DNA of 64,000 nucleotides from an uncultured Gaiellaceae bacterium. Its GTDB lineage: Bacteria; Actinomycetota; Thermoleophilia; Gaiellales; Gaiellaceae. Of this stretch, positions 55,602-64,000 are shown piece after piece. The position numbers were made by a program, and so were the translations under genes. The stretch is taken from positions 106,456-170,455 of the forward strand of contig CAVRRU010000009.1 in the NCBI GenBank assembly GCA_963723695.1, given 5' to 3'. The notes under the pieces are model-generated. The model had not been told where the DNA came from. It saw only the letters and a list, made by a program, of their open reading frames with translations, and searched no databases. How positions within the stretch are numbered: the first letter of the stretch is position 1; each line of letters starts with the position of its first letter.

Positions 55602-56264
55602 ATGGACGCGGTCGAGCGCGCAGCGGCGCTTCGCAAGTACTCCGAGGAGACTTCGACCTGCACGAGGTGTGCGCTCGCGCAGGGGCGAACGCAGGTCGTG
55701 TTCGGATCCGGGAGCCCGAACGCCGACCTCATGTTCGTCGGCGAAGCACCAGGATTCCACGAGGATCAGCAGGGCGTTCCGTTCGTGGGTCAGGCCGGGA
55801 AGCTGCTCGACAAGCTGCTCGGCGGCATCGGGCTCACGCGAGCCGACGTCTTTGTCGTAAACGTCCTCAAATGCAGGCCTCCCGGGAACCGCGACCCGCA
55901 GCCCGAGGAGATCTCGGCTTGCGAGCCGCACCTCTTCCGCCAGATCGAGTTGATCGAGCCGAAGCTCGTCGCGACGCTCGGCAACTTCGCGACGAAGCTC
56001 CTGTCGGGGAAGCCGGCCGGCATCACGCGCGTGCACGGGTACGAGCAGGAGGTGACGCTGGGAGCCCGGACGGTTCTCCTCTACCCGCTCTACCACCCGG
56101 CGGCTGCGCTCTATACGCCGTCGATGCTGAAGGTGCTCGAGGAGGACTTCGCGCTCATCCCCGGAATCCTCGAGCGCGTCTTCGCGGAGCCGGACGCGGA
56201 GATCGAGGCGTCGGCGCACGCGGACGAGCCAGACCCCGAGTCGGTACAGCTCGGCCTCTTCTGA
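55602..56264 (+). CDS. uracil-DNA glycosylase, family 4
   Basis: CTRCALAQGRTQVVFGSG, FVGEAPGFHEDQQGVPFVGQAGKLL, LKCRPPGNR, YHPAAAL motifs. Confidence 0.85.
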   Translation: MDAVERAAALRKYSEETSTCTRCALAQGRTQVVFGSGSPNADLMFVGEAPGFHEDQQGVPFVGQAGKLLDKLLGGIGLTRADVFVVNVLKCRPPGNRDPQPEEISACEPHLFRQIELIEPKLVATLGNFATKLLSGKPAGITRVHGYEQEVTLGARTVLLYPLYHPAAALYTPSMLKVLEEDFALIPGILERVFAEPDAEIEASAHADEPDPESVQLGLF

Positions 56265-56268
56265 CGAC

Positions 56269-56712
56269 GTGCGCTTGGAGCTCGCCAGCGCCTCGGCGGG
56301 CGAGACCGAGCGGATAGCGGGTGCGCTGGCGGCGCGTCTCGAGCCCGGCGACGTCGTGACCGTGGCGGGGGAGCTCGGCGCGGGCAAGACGACGTTCGTA
56401 CGCGGCGCCTGTCGTGCGCTCGGGGTGTCATCCCCCGTGACGAGCCCGACCTTCACGATCGGGCATCGCTACGACGGCGAGGTCGCGGTCTCCCACCTCG
56501 ATCTCTACCGCTTCGCCACGGTGTCCCCGGCCGAGTGGGCTGACCTCGAGCCGTACTTCGATGACGCCGTCATCTTCGTCGAGTGGCCGCAAGCGGGCGC
56601 CGGCGTGCTTCCGTCCGCGCGCGTCGAGGTCATGCTGGAGCATGCAGGCGCCGACGAGCGCAGCATCACGCTGACCTCCATCGACAGGGCGCTGCTAGAA
56701 GGCATTTCCTAG
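56269..56712 (+). CDS. tsaE: tRNA t6A37 biosynthesis ATPase TsaE
   Basis: GELGAGKTTFVRG and SPTFTIGHRY motifs. Followed by tsaB-rimI-tsaD. Confidence 0.85.
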   Translation: MRLELASASAGETERIAGALAARLEPGDVVTVAGELGAGKTTFVRGACRALGVSSPVTSPTFTIGHRYDGEVAVSHLDLYRFATVSPAEWADLEPYFDDAVIFVEWPQAGAGVLPSARVEVMLEHAGADERSITLTSIDRALLEGIS

Positions 56713-57300
56713 ATGCTGGTCCTGGCTTTCGACACCGCGACGGACGTCGCGACGAGCGCGCTCCTCCGCGAGGGGCTCATGCTCGGCGAGCGAACGGGAG
56801 TCGCTCGCACGCTGCTCGAGGACGCCGACGAGCTCCTCTCCGCTGCCGGCGCCGCACCGACGGACCTCGACGCCATCGTCGTCGGCACGGGTCCCGGCAG
56901 CTTCACGAGCACACGGATCGGCCTGGCGGTCGCACGGGGGCTGGCGCTTGCGCTCGACGTACCCGGCGCTGGGATCCCGACGCTCGACGCGCTCGCGACT
57001 GCGCATCCCGGGGCGTACCCGGTCGTGGACGCGAGGCGCCGCGAAGTCTTCGTCACGGGGCCCCGCGCCGTCTCACCGGACGATCTCGACCTCGAGCCGG
57101 GAACGCTCTGCATCGGTAACGGTGCCGTCCGGTACCGGCCGGCGCTCGAGCGGATGGGCGGGGTCGTCCCGCCCGACGACGATCCGCTCCACCTGCCTCA
57201 CGCGCGGTTGCACGCGGCGCTCGCGACGGAATACGGCCAGGTGGACGCGATCGAGCCGATCTACGTGAGGCTGTCCGACGCCGAGGCCGCGCGGGCGTGA
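56713..57300 (+). CDS. tsaB: tRNA t6A37 biosynthesis protein TsaB
   Basis: MLVLAFDTATDV..., GTGPGSFTSTRIGLAVARGLA (YeaZ-type). Confidence 0.85.
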   Translation: MLVLAFDTATDVATSALLREGLMLGERTGVARTLLEDADELLSAAGAAPTDLDAIVVGTGPGSFTSTRIGLAVARGLALALDVPGAGIPTLDALATAHPGAYPVVDARRREVFVTGPRAVSPDDLDLEPGTLCIGNGAVRYRPALERMGGVVPPDDDPLHLPHARLHAALATEYGQVDAIEPIYVRLSDAEAARA

Positions 57301-57761
57301 ACGTCGAGCTCCGGCGGCTCGAGGCAGGAGATCTCGACGACGTCGAGGCGATCGAGCGCGACTCGTATCCGACTCCTTGGTCGCGGTCGATGTTCGACGC
57401 CGAGATGCGCAAGCCGAGCTCGCTCGCGCTCGGTGCGTTCAGCGAGGAGAACGGGCTCGTCGGCTACGCGTTCATCTCGCGCTACGTGGATGCCTGGCAC
57501 GTGATGAACGTCGCGGTCGTCCCCGACTTCCGTCGCCGCGGAATCGCCTCGGCTCTGCTCGAACGACTCTTCGCCGTGACCTCCACCGATCCGCGGCGCG
57601 GCTACACGCTGGAGGTCCGGATGTCGAACACCGGGGCGATCAAGCTGTACGAGCGGCTCGGGTTCGAGCCGCGCGGTGTGCGCCGCGGCTACTACACGGA
57701 CAACCGCGAGGACGCGCTGATCATGTGGCGCGAGCCGTCGCCCTCCGAGCAGGCGTCGTGA
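57297..57761 (+). CDS. rimI: ribosomal-protein-alanine N-acetyltransferase
   Basis: GNAT core VAVVPDFRRRGIASALL and YERLGFEPRGVRRGYY. Conserved position between tsaB and tsaD. Confidence 0.8.
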   Translation: MNVELRRLEAGDLDDVEAIERDSYPTPWSRSMFDAEMRKPSSLALGAFSEENGLVGYAFISRYVDAWHVMNVAVVPDFRRRGIASALLERLFAVTSTDPRRGYTLEVRMSNTGAIKLYERLGFEPRGVRRGYYTDNREDALIMWREPSPSEQAS

Positions 57762-58723
57762 TCCTCGGGATCGAGACCTCCTGCGACGAGACCGCCGCAG
57801 CCGTCGTCACGGAGGACGGCCGTGTGCTCTCGTCCATCGTGTCGTCCCAGGCAGAGCTCCACGCGCGGTTCGGCGGCGTCGTGCCCGAGGTCGCTTCGCG
57901 GCGGCACCTCGAGCTCGTCGGGCCGGTCGTCAGCGCAGCGCTCGAGTCCGCGGAGGTACCTCTCGAGCGTGTCGATCGGATCGCCGTCACGCAGGGCCCG
58001 GGGCTCGTTGGCGCGCTGCTCGTCGGCATCTCCGCCGCGAAGGCGCTCGCCTGGGCGCGCCGGCTGCCGCTCACACCCGTCGATCACCTCGAGGGGCATC
58101 TCGCGTCGCTCTACCTCGAGCCCAACCCGCTCGAGCCGCCGTTCACGTGCCTGCTTGCGAGCGGTGGGCACACGCTCCTCCTCGGCGTCTCGGAGCGCGG
58201 GGGCTCAGAGCGGCTGGGAACGACCCTCGACGACGCGGCGGGCGAGGCGTTCGACAAGGGCGCTCGGCTGCTCGGCCTCGGCTATCCGGGAGGCGCGGCG
58301 ATCGACCGGCTCGCGCGGGACGGCGACGCAGACGCCTTCGATTTCCCGGTCGCCAGAGTTCCGGGCCTCGACTTCTCATTCTCGGGTCTGAAGACCGCAT
58401 TGCTCTACGCCGTCCGCGATCTCGGAGAGGCCGAAGTCGAGCGCCGGAGGGCCGATCTCGCAGCCTCGTACCAACGCGCGATCGTCCGTGCGCTCGTCCA
58501 GCGCCTGCGCGAGGCGGCGGACGTGACAGGCTTCGAGCGTCTCGCGGTCGTCGGCGGTGTCGCCGCGAACTCGGAACTACGGGCGGCACTATCCGAAGCG
58601 ACCTTTGCGCCGCTGGATCTGTGCACGGACAACGCCGCGATGATCGCGTCCGGCGCCCGGTTCGTCGAAGCCGTCCCGTACCCTCACTACCTCGATCTCG
58701 ATGCGTACGCGTCTCTCTCGTAG
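57758..58723 (+). CDS. tsaD: tRNA N6-adenosine threonylcarbamoyltransferase TsaD
   Basis: GTG 57758 (GTGA overlap with rimI). ILGIETSCDETAAAVV, GVVPEVASRRH, TQGPGLVGALLVG, GGVAANS. Confidence 0.92.
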   Translation: MILGIETSCDETAAAVVTEDGRVLSSIVSSQAELHARFGGVVPEVASRRHLELVGPVVSAALESAEVPLERVDRIAVTQGPGLVGALLVGISAAKALAWARRLPLTPVDHLEGHLASLYLEPNPLEPPFTCLLASGGHTLLLGVSERGGSERLGTTLDDAAGEAFDKGARLLGLGYPGGAAIDRLARDGDADAFDFPVARVPGLDFSFSGLKTALLYAVRDLGEAEVERRRADLAASYQRAIVRALVQRLREAADVTGFERLAVVGGVAANSELRAALSEATFAPLDLCTDNAAMIASGARFVEAVPYPHYLDLDAYASLS

Positions 58724-61199
58724 ACTCGCTCCGGCCGCGGTGCTGGTGCTCCTGCTCGCCGCAGGGGGGAGCCGCGCGCAGGAGCAGCCCGCGCAGCCGG
58801 TCGACGAGGCCGGCTGGCAGGGAGTGCTCGGCGTACGCGCGCCGGTCTCGACGGCGCAGCGCTACATCGTCCTCCTGAAGCCTCCGTCGCTCGCGGCGCG
58901 CGTCAAGGCCGCCGGGGGGCGTGTCACAGAGGCGGAGATGATGGCGTGGTCGGCGGCCGCGGTCGGGCAGCAGGAGCAGTTCCTCGCGCGGCTCGCGGCC
59001 GTGGGCGCGCGTATCGCCCCCGAGTACCGCTACACCCGCGTCGTGAACGGCTTCTCGGCGCGGCTCGACCCCACGTCACTCGCGCTACTCGACGGCGACC
59101 GCGAGGTCACGGGCATCTACCCCGTTCGCATCGCGTATCCGGCCCAGACGGACGAGCCCGGCGGAGTCCTGCCGTCGGCTGTGGCCGATCTCGAGATCGC
59201 CGGCCTCGACGGCTCGGGCGTCACCGTGGCGCTGCTCGATACCGGCGTGGACCCGTCGCACCCGTTCCTCCGGCGGCGCGTCCTCTCCGGCGTCGACGTG
59301 GTCAACCCGGGCAGCGGTGGCATCGCGCAGCCTCATCCGACGATCCCGGGCCGCCCCGAGCGTCACGCGACCGAGCTCGCGGGGATCGTCGCCGGCACGG
59401 AAGGCCCCGACGGCCTGCACGGGATCGCGCCCGGCGCGTCGATCTTGCCCGTTCGTGTAGGCGGCTGGCAGCCGAACTCGGAGGGCGGGTACAGCATCTA
59501 CTCACGCACCGATCAGATCCTCGCCGGCCTCGAGGCGGCGGTCGACCCGAACGACGACGGTGACACCCACGATGCGGCGCGAGTAGCCCTCATCGGCATG
59601 GTCGAGCCGTACGCAGCGTTCGTCGACGGACCGGTTCCGCGCGGAATCGCGGGCGCCGCCGAGCTCGACACGCTCACGATCGTCCCCGCAGGGAACGACG
59701 GCAGCGCCGGGCCCGGTTACGGGAGCATCGCCGGGCCGGGCGCCGCGGAGTCCGCGATCACCGTCGCGGCTGCCGACGGCCGGCTCGCCGCGCCTACGGT
59801 TCGAGTGCACGTGCGGGCCGGGCTACGCGTCTTCTACGAGGAGGACGTGCCGCTCGGCGGCGCACCTTCGCGAACCATCACGGGTGGCGTCGTGCTCGTC
59901 GACCGACGGACCGCGGCGCGCGGCATCACCGGGCTCTTCTCCGACGAGGGCGTCAGCACGGTCGCGGGTCGTGTCGTGCTCCTGCCCCGAGCAGCGCTCT
60001 CGGACGACACGGTCGAGGAGGCGACTTCGGCCGGCGCGCTGGGCGTGGTCGTCGACGGCCCACTCCCTGCGGGAGCCTTCAGTCTCGACGTGCCGGCTGG
60101 AGTTCCGGTTGTCGGGCTCGCAGGGCAAGTGGTCGACGAGATGCGAGCGATGATCGCGGCCGGGGTGCCGGTCACGGTGGCGATCGGCAACGTCGAGGTG
60201 GCGACACGAGAGGCCGAAGGGTCGATCGCAGCCTTCTCGTCACGCGGCCTCGTGCTCGACGGCGCTCTGAAGCCGAGCCTCGCCGCGCCGGGCGTTTCCG
60301 TCCCGACCTCCGAGCCCGGACGCGGTGACGACGGGGACGTTCGCTTCGGGACGATCAGCGGTACGAGCGCGGCGGCGGCCGTCACGGCGGGGGTTGCGGC
60401 AGTTCTCGCGCAGGGGCGACCGGCTCTCGGAGCCCGTGCACTCCACGGCTTGCTCGTCGGATCTGCCCAGCGAGCCGATCTCGACCCCACGGCGTCGGGG
60501 GCGGGAGTCGTCGACCTCCGGACCGCGGTCCAGCTCGAGGTGTTCGCCGCGCCCTCGCTCCTCTCGTTCGGCGTCGTCGGGCCGTCGGGGACCGAGCGTG
60601 TCGTCAAGGTCACGAACGTCTCCACCCGACGGTTGTCGGTCTCGGTGGGAACGGCGGCGATCGCGCCGAAGGGCGTCCAGATAACGGTCGACCCGGCCCG
60701 GGTCCGCATCCGGCCGGGCCGGAGCGCTCAGGTCGTGGTCAGGGCGGACACGTCTGACCTCTCGCAGGAAGCGGGCGCCGCGACCGGCGAGCTCGTCCTC
60801 CGCGTCGGCGACTCCCCGGAAGTCCACGTTCCGTGGGCCGTCGCCGTGCCCGGCAGCGTGGACCTCGTCTCGCAGGTCAGGCTCCGGGCCACGGGAACGC
60901 GGCTCTCGGACGCGACGCCCGCTGCGCTCTCGTTCGTCGCCGGCTCGGTGACCGCGACACCGGATCCACAGGTCCGCGCGGTCGAGCTGCTCGAGGTGGA
61001 GCTCTGGCGCGGAGGAGAGCGCCTCGGGTTGCTCGCTCGGCGGCGCGAGCTTCTCCCCGGCCGCTACACGTTCGGCCTCACCGGCCGCGGCCCGACGGGC
61101 GAGCGGCTCCCTCGCGGGACCTACGCGGTTCGGCTCGTCGCGCACCCCGGAGACGGCACCCGCAGGCAGTCGGACACGATCGAGTATCGCGTGCGCTGA
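58701..61199 (+). CDS. secreted subtilisin-like (S8) serine protease with PA-like insert and C-terminal beta-domains
   Basis: Signal peptide. Catalytic triad contexts VALLDTGVD, HATELAGIVAG, GTSAAAAVTAG. 832 aa. Confidence 0.85.
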   Translation: MRTRLSRRLAPAAVLVLLLAAGGSRAQEQPAQPVDEAGWQGVLGVRAPVSTAQRYIVLLKPPSLAARVKAAGGRVTEAEMMAWSAAAVGQQEQFLARLAAVGARIAPEYRYTRVVNGFSARLDPTSLALLDGDREVTGIYPVRIAYPAQTDEPGGVLPSAVADLEIAGLDGSGVTVALLDTGVDPSHPFLRRRVLSGVDVVNPGSGGIAQPHPTIPGRPERHATELAGIVAGTEGPDGLHGIAPGASILPVRVGGWQPNSEGGYSIYSRTDQILAGLEAAVDPNDDGDTHDAARVALIGMVEPYAAFVDGPVPRGIAGAAELDTLTIVPAGNDGSAGPGYGSIAGPGAAESAITVAAADGRLAAPTVRVHVRAGLRVFYEEDVPLGGAPSRTITGGVVLVDRRTAARGITGLFSDEGVSTVAGRVVLLPRAALSDDTVEEATSAGALGVVVDGPLPAGAFSLDVPAGVPVVGLAGQVVDEMRAMIAAGVPVTVAIGNVEVATREAEGSIAAFSSRGLVLDGALKPSLAAPGVSVPTSEPGRGDDGDVRFGTISGTSAAAAVTAGVAAVLAQGRPALGARALHGLLVGSAQRADLDPTASGAGVVDLRTAVQLEVFAAPSLLSFGVVGPSGTERVVKVTNVSTRRLSVSVGTAAIAPKGVQITVDPARVRIRPGRSAQVVVRADTSDLSQEAGAATGELVLRVGDSPEVHVPWAVAVPGSVDLVSQVRLRATGTRLSDATPAALSFVAGSVTATPDPQVRAVELLEVELWRGGERLGLLARRRELLPGRYTFGLTGRGPTGERLPRGTYAVRLVAHPGDGTRRQSDTIEYRVR

Positions 61200-61208
61200 C
61201 GTCGGTCA

Positions 61209-61214
61209 TATACT
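61209..61214 (+). promoter_or_regulatory. -10 hexamer TATACT for gdh (leadered; GGGAGG RBS at 61236-61241)
   Basis: Read directly. 37 nt upstream of ATG 61252. Confidence 0.4.
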
Positions 61215-61251
61215 CGCCACCGTCCAGTCGAGCCAGGGAGGCGAAAGGTCG

Positions 61252-62523
61252 ATGTCATCCGCCGTGGCGGAGTCCCATCTCCGCGAGAACCCCTACGAGC
61301 TGGCGAAGACACAGCTGCGCCAGGTAGGTGAGATCTTCGCTCTCGACCCGAACCTGATCCGGGTTCTCTCGCAATGCAAGAAAGCCGTCGAGGTCTCGAT
61401 TCCCGTGTCGATGGACGACGGGTCGATCGAGGTCTTCAGGGGCTTCCGTGTGACACACAACATCGCGCGCGGGCCCTCGAAGGGAGGGATCCGCTACCAC
61501 CCCGACGTCACCGAGGACGAAGTGAAGGCGCTGGCGATGTGGATGACGTGGAAGTGCGCGCTGATGGGTCTCCCGTTCGGCGGCGCGAAGGGCGGCGTCG
61601 TGTGCGACCCGAAGGTGCTCTCCACCGGCGAGCTCGAGCGGATGACCCGCCGCTATACGAGCGAGATCATCAACGACATCGGCCCGGAGCGAGACATCCC
61701 GGCGCCTGACGTCGGTACGGACGGTCGCGTCATGGCGTGGATCTTCGACACGTACTCGATGAACAAGGGGCACTCGGTGCTCGGCGTCGTCACCGGGAAG
61801 CCACTCTCGGTCGGAGGCTCACTCGGACGCGAGGAGGCGACGGCCCGCGGAGCGCTCAACTGCATTCAGGCGCTCTCCGTGAAGCAGGCCAAGCGGATGA
61901 GCGAGTACTCGGTCGCGATCCAGGGGTTCGGCAATGTCGGGTCCCATCTCGCGCGGCTCCTCCACTCGGAGGGGGCCACGGTCGTCGCGGTGTCGGACTC
62001 GCAGGGCGGCGTGTACAACCCCGACGGGCTCGACGTCCCTACGGCGGTCGCGCACAAGCAGGAGCACGGTGTGCTTGCGGGACTTGCGAACGCCGACGCC
62101 GTGACGAACAAGGAGCTCGTCGAGCTTCCCTGCGACATCTTCGCGCCGTGCGCCCTCGAGCAGGTCGTCACCGAGTCGAACGCCGATCGCGTGAAGGCGA
62201 CAGTGATCTGCGAGGGCGCGAACGGGCCTGTGACACCCACTGCGGATGCGATTCTCGAAGACCGCGGCGTGCTCGTCCTTCCGGACGTGCTCGCGAACGC
62301 GGGCGGAGTCGTCGTCTCCTACTTCGAGTGGGTGCAGGGCCTTCAGGAGTACTTCTGGCGTGAGGACGAGGTGAACGCGAAGCTGCACGACATCGTCGCT
62401 CGCGCGTTCGAGGACGCTTGGCAGACTCGGGACAGCTACGGGACGACCCTGCGGATGGCCTCGTACGGGATCGCCGTTCAGCGTGTGGCCGAGGCGACGA
62501 CGACGAGGGGCCTGTACCCGTAA
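61252..62523 (+). CDS. gdhA: glutamate dehydrogenase (Glu/Leu/Phe/Val dehydrogenase family)
   Basis: GPSKGGIRYHP, MTWKCALMGLPFGGAKGG, GFGNVGSH, ANAGGV motifs. 423 aa. Confidence 0.9.
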   Translation: MSSAVAESHLRENPYELAKTQLRQVGEIFALDPNLIRVLSQCKKAVEVSIPVSMDDGSIEVFRGFRVTHNIARGPSKGGIRYHPDVTEDEVKALAMWMTWKCALMGLPFGGAKGGVVCDPKVLSTGELERMTRRYTSEIINDIGPERDIPAPDVGTDGRVMAWIFDTYSMNKGHSVLGVVTGKPLSVGGSLGREEATARGALNCIQALSVKQAKRMSEYSVAIQGFGNVGSHLARLLHSEGATVVAVSDSQGGVYNPDGLDVPTAVAHKQEHGVLAGLANADAVTNKELVELPCDIFAPCALEQVVTESNADRVKATVICEGANGPVTPTADAILEDRGVLVLPDVLANAGGVVVSYFEWVQGLQEYFWREDEVNAKLHDIVARAFEDAWQTRDSYGTTLRMASYGIAVQRVAEATTTRGLYP

Positions 62524-62759
62524 CGCGCCGGGTCACGGTCTACAGCAGCTCCGACTGCAGCCTCTGCTCGCGAGCGCTCGAGGTGATCGAGGGGTTGCGA
62601 GAGGAGCTGGGCTTCGAGCTCGACATCGTCGACGTCCGGGGGCAGCCCGAGCTCGAGTCGCGCTACCGCGAGCTCCTTCCGGTCGTCGAGATCGACGGTG
62701 AGCACGCGTTCTCCTACTTCGTGGACCGCGAAGCGCTCCGGAGCCGGCTCCAGCACTGA
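62418..62759 (+). CDS. glutaredoxin-like (CxxC) small protein; functional start probably near 62530
   Basis: VTVYSSSDCSLCSRALEVI...LPVVEIDGEHAF resembles a glutaredoxin-2/DUF836-type fold. The only canonical start in frame is TTG 62418, 100 nt inside gdh. Confidence 0.55.
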   Translation: MADSGQLRDDPADGLVRDRRSACGRGDDDEGPVPVTRRVTVYSSSDCSLCSRALEVIEGLREELGFELDIVDVRGQPELESRYRELLPVVEIDGEHAFSYFVDREALRSRLQH

Positions 62760-62805
62760 CCCCGACGGTTGTTGCGACGGCGGCGGAAAGGGCGCTGGCA
62801 GAATC

Positions 62806-62820
62806 GTGACGCTTTGTCAC
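62806..62820 (+). promoter_or_regulatory. Rex-operator-like palindrome GTGACGCTTTGTCAC (plus TTGTCACAAGCGATCACAA) upstream of rex
   Basis: 22 nt before GTG 62843. Half-sites resemble the TTGTGA/TCACAA Rex box. Confidence 0.5.
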
Positions 62821-62842
62821 AAGCGATCACAAAGGGGAGTGA

Positions 62843-63463
62843 GTGGCCGAACGGCTGACCGTCGGCGTCGCGGCCCGTCTGAGCCGCTACCTCCAGGTGC
62901 TCACGCAGGCACGAAAGATGGGTAAGGAGCGGATCTCGTCTCAGGAGATCGCCGAGTACACGAACATCAACGCGACGCAGATTCGCCGCGACCTGTCGGC
63001 CTTCGGGCGTTTCGGCAAACGCGGAGTCGGCTACCGCACGGACGCGCTCCTCGACGAGATCCGCCAGATCCTCCGGACGCAGGGCCAGCACAACATCGCG
63101 CTCGTCGGCGCGGGCCGGCTCGGAAGCGCTATCGCGAGCTCTCCGATCTTCGCCGAGCACGGTATTACGATCGCGGCCGTCCTCGACAACGATCCAGAGA
63201 AGGTCGGCAGCCGCGTGGGCGACCTCACGGTCAGCCCGATCGGCGACATCCGCGCGATCGCGCGCGAGCGGAACATCATCGTGGGGGTCATCGCCGTTCC
63301 GGCGGACTCGGCGCAGGACGCTGCCGACGCCCTCATCGGCGCCGGCGCGAAGATCATCTTCAACTATTCGGAAGCGTTGCTCGACGTCCCGGCGGACGTC
63401 AACGTGCACACGTCGAATCCGGCCGTCGATCTGCTCTACGCCTTGTACTTCCACCTCGCGTAG
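62843..63463 (+). CDS. rex: redox-sensing transcriptional repressor Rex
   Basis: RLSRYLQVL, ISSQEIAEYTNINATQIRRDLSAFGRFGKRGVGY, LVGAGRLG Rossmann motif, ILNF-like IIFNYS. Confidence 0.9.
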   Translation: MAERLTVGVAARLSRYLQVLTQARKMGKERISSQEIAEYTNINATQIRRDLSAFGRFGKRGVGYRTDALLDEIRQILRTQGQHNIALVGAGRLGSAIASSPIFAEHGITIAAVLDNDPEKVGSRVGDLTVSPIGDIRAIARERNIIVGVIAVPADSAQDAADALIGAGAKIIFNYSEALLDVPADVNVHTSNPAVDLLYALYFHLA

Positions 63464-63477
63464 TCGCCGAGACACGA

Positions 63478-63492
63478 GTGACACAGTGTCAC
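63478..63492 (+). promoter_or_regulatory. Rex-operator-like perfect palindrome GTGACACAGTGTCAC upstream of the glycosyltransferase gene
   Basis: 5 nt before ATG 63498. Identical to the polA-internal copy. Confidence 0.5.
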
Positions 63493-63497
63493 TTGGC

Positions 63498-64000
63498 ATG
63501 AAGATCCTCATCTGGCACGGGTACTTGCTGGGCGGGACGGGCTCGAACGTCTACACGCGACAGCTCGCGCGCGAGTGGGCGCGGGCGGGTCACGAGGTCA
63601 CGGTCCTCTGTCAGGAACCGCACCCGGAGCGCTACGACCTGGGCGGCGCGGAGGTCGTCCGGCCAGACGTCGGCGGTCTCCTGCCGGTCTTCGTGCTCGA
63701 CCACTACGAGGGCTACGACGTGAAGCTGCTGCAGGACTGCACGCGCGAGGAGCTCGACGGCTGGGTCGAGGCCAACGCTTCGGCCGTGCGTGAGCGCCTG
63801 CCTGTCGATCTCGTCTTCTGCAACCACGTTCTGCTCGGTGGCGCCGTCGGCCGGGCGAGCGGCGCCCCGTACGCCCTGAAGGCGCACGGATCCGAGCTCG
63901 AGTACTCGATGCGCGGACGTCCGGAGCTCGAGGACTGGGGGCGAGAGGTGTTGGGTGCGGCCGATGCCGTGTTCGTGGGATCGGCTCACATCCGTGACGT
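63498..64000 (+). CDS. GT4-family glycosyltransferase, 3'-truncated by window end
   Basis: Open frame from ATG 63498 to the window end (not in the ORF track because it has no stop). MKILIWHGYLLGGTGSNVYTRQLAREWARAGHEVTVL and KAHGSELEY. Confidence 0.6.
   Translation, partial: MKILIWHGYLLGGTGSNVYTRQLAREWARAGHEVTVLCQEPHPERYDLGGAEVVRPDVGGLLPVFVLDHYEGYDVKLLQDCTREELDGWVEANASAVRERLPVDLVFCNHVLLGGAVGRASGAPYALKAHGSELEYSMRGRPELEDWGREVLGAADAVFVGSAHIRD

Overview
64-kb, very GC-rich segment (about 70% GC by eye, strong GC3 bias) that looks like an Actinomycetota chromosome; any finer taxon would be a guess. All calls come from reading the sequence and the ORF track. No database search was run.

Backbone genes:
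- a liv-type branched-chain amino-acid ABC transporter (SBP, livHMGF)
- polA-rpsA-coaE, then uvrB, then uvrA, a conserved actinobacterial order
- panB-panC plus a DUF2520-like gene
- uracil-DNA glycosylase, tsaE-tsaB-rimI-tsaD, an S8 protease, gdh, rex

Accessory block: about 18 kb (15.2-33.4 kb) sits between coaE and uvrB. It encodes RTX-like and HExxH secreted proteins, a polysaccharide deacetylase, an M23 peptidase, a SARP-cyclase-ATPase-TPR regulator, and the most interesting item. That item is a translationally coupled pair: a SARP(wHTH-BTAD)-SIR2 fusion and an nSTAND NTPase-TM-WD40 protein (26045-30732).

Six promoters in this block share a SARP-type architecture: two TTGAGCG-like heptamers in 11-bp phase, an 8-bp gap, then an nAnnnT -10 hexamer. 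One of the six is the SARP-SIR2 gene's own promoter.

A second regulatory cluster lies at 42.8-51.3 kb. It holds four small secreted proteins, a LAL-type ATPase-LuxR regulator with nearby CCAGGGATATCCCTGG palindromes, and a frameshifted Zn-ribbon-cyclase-ATPase-TPR gene.

Other observations:
- Many genes look leaderless, with a -10 hexamer 6-10 nt before the start codon.
- A Rex-like palindrome occurs four times, twice inside coding regions.
- Single-base frameshifts cluster in a few genes (polA about 6, cyclase gene about 5, also the rpsA tail, coaE, livM, MFS, an RTX gene). This suggests local sequence errors rather than decay.
- No rRNA, tRNA, CRISPR array, transposase or integrase was recognised.
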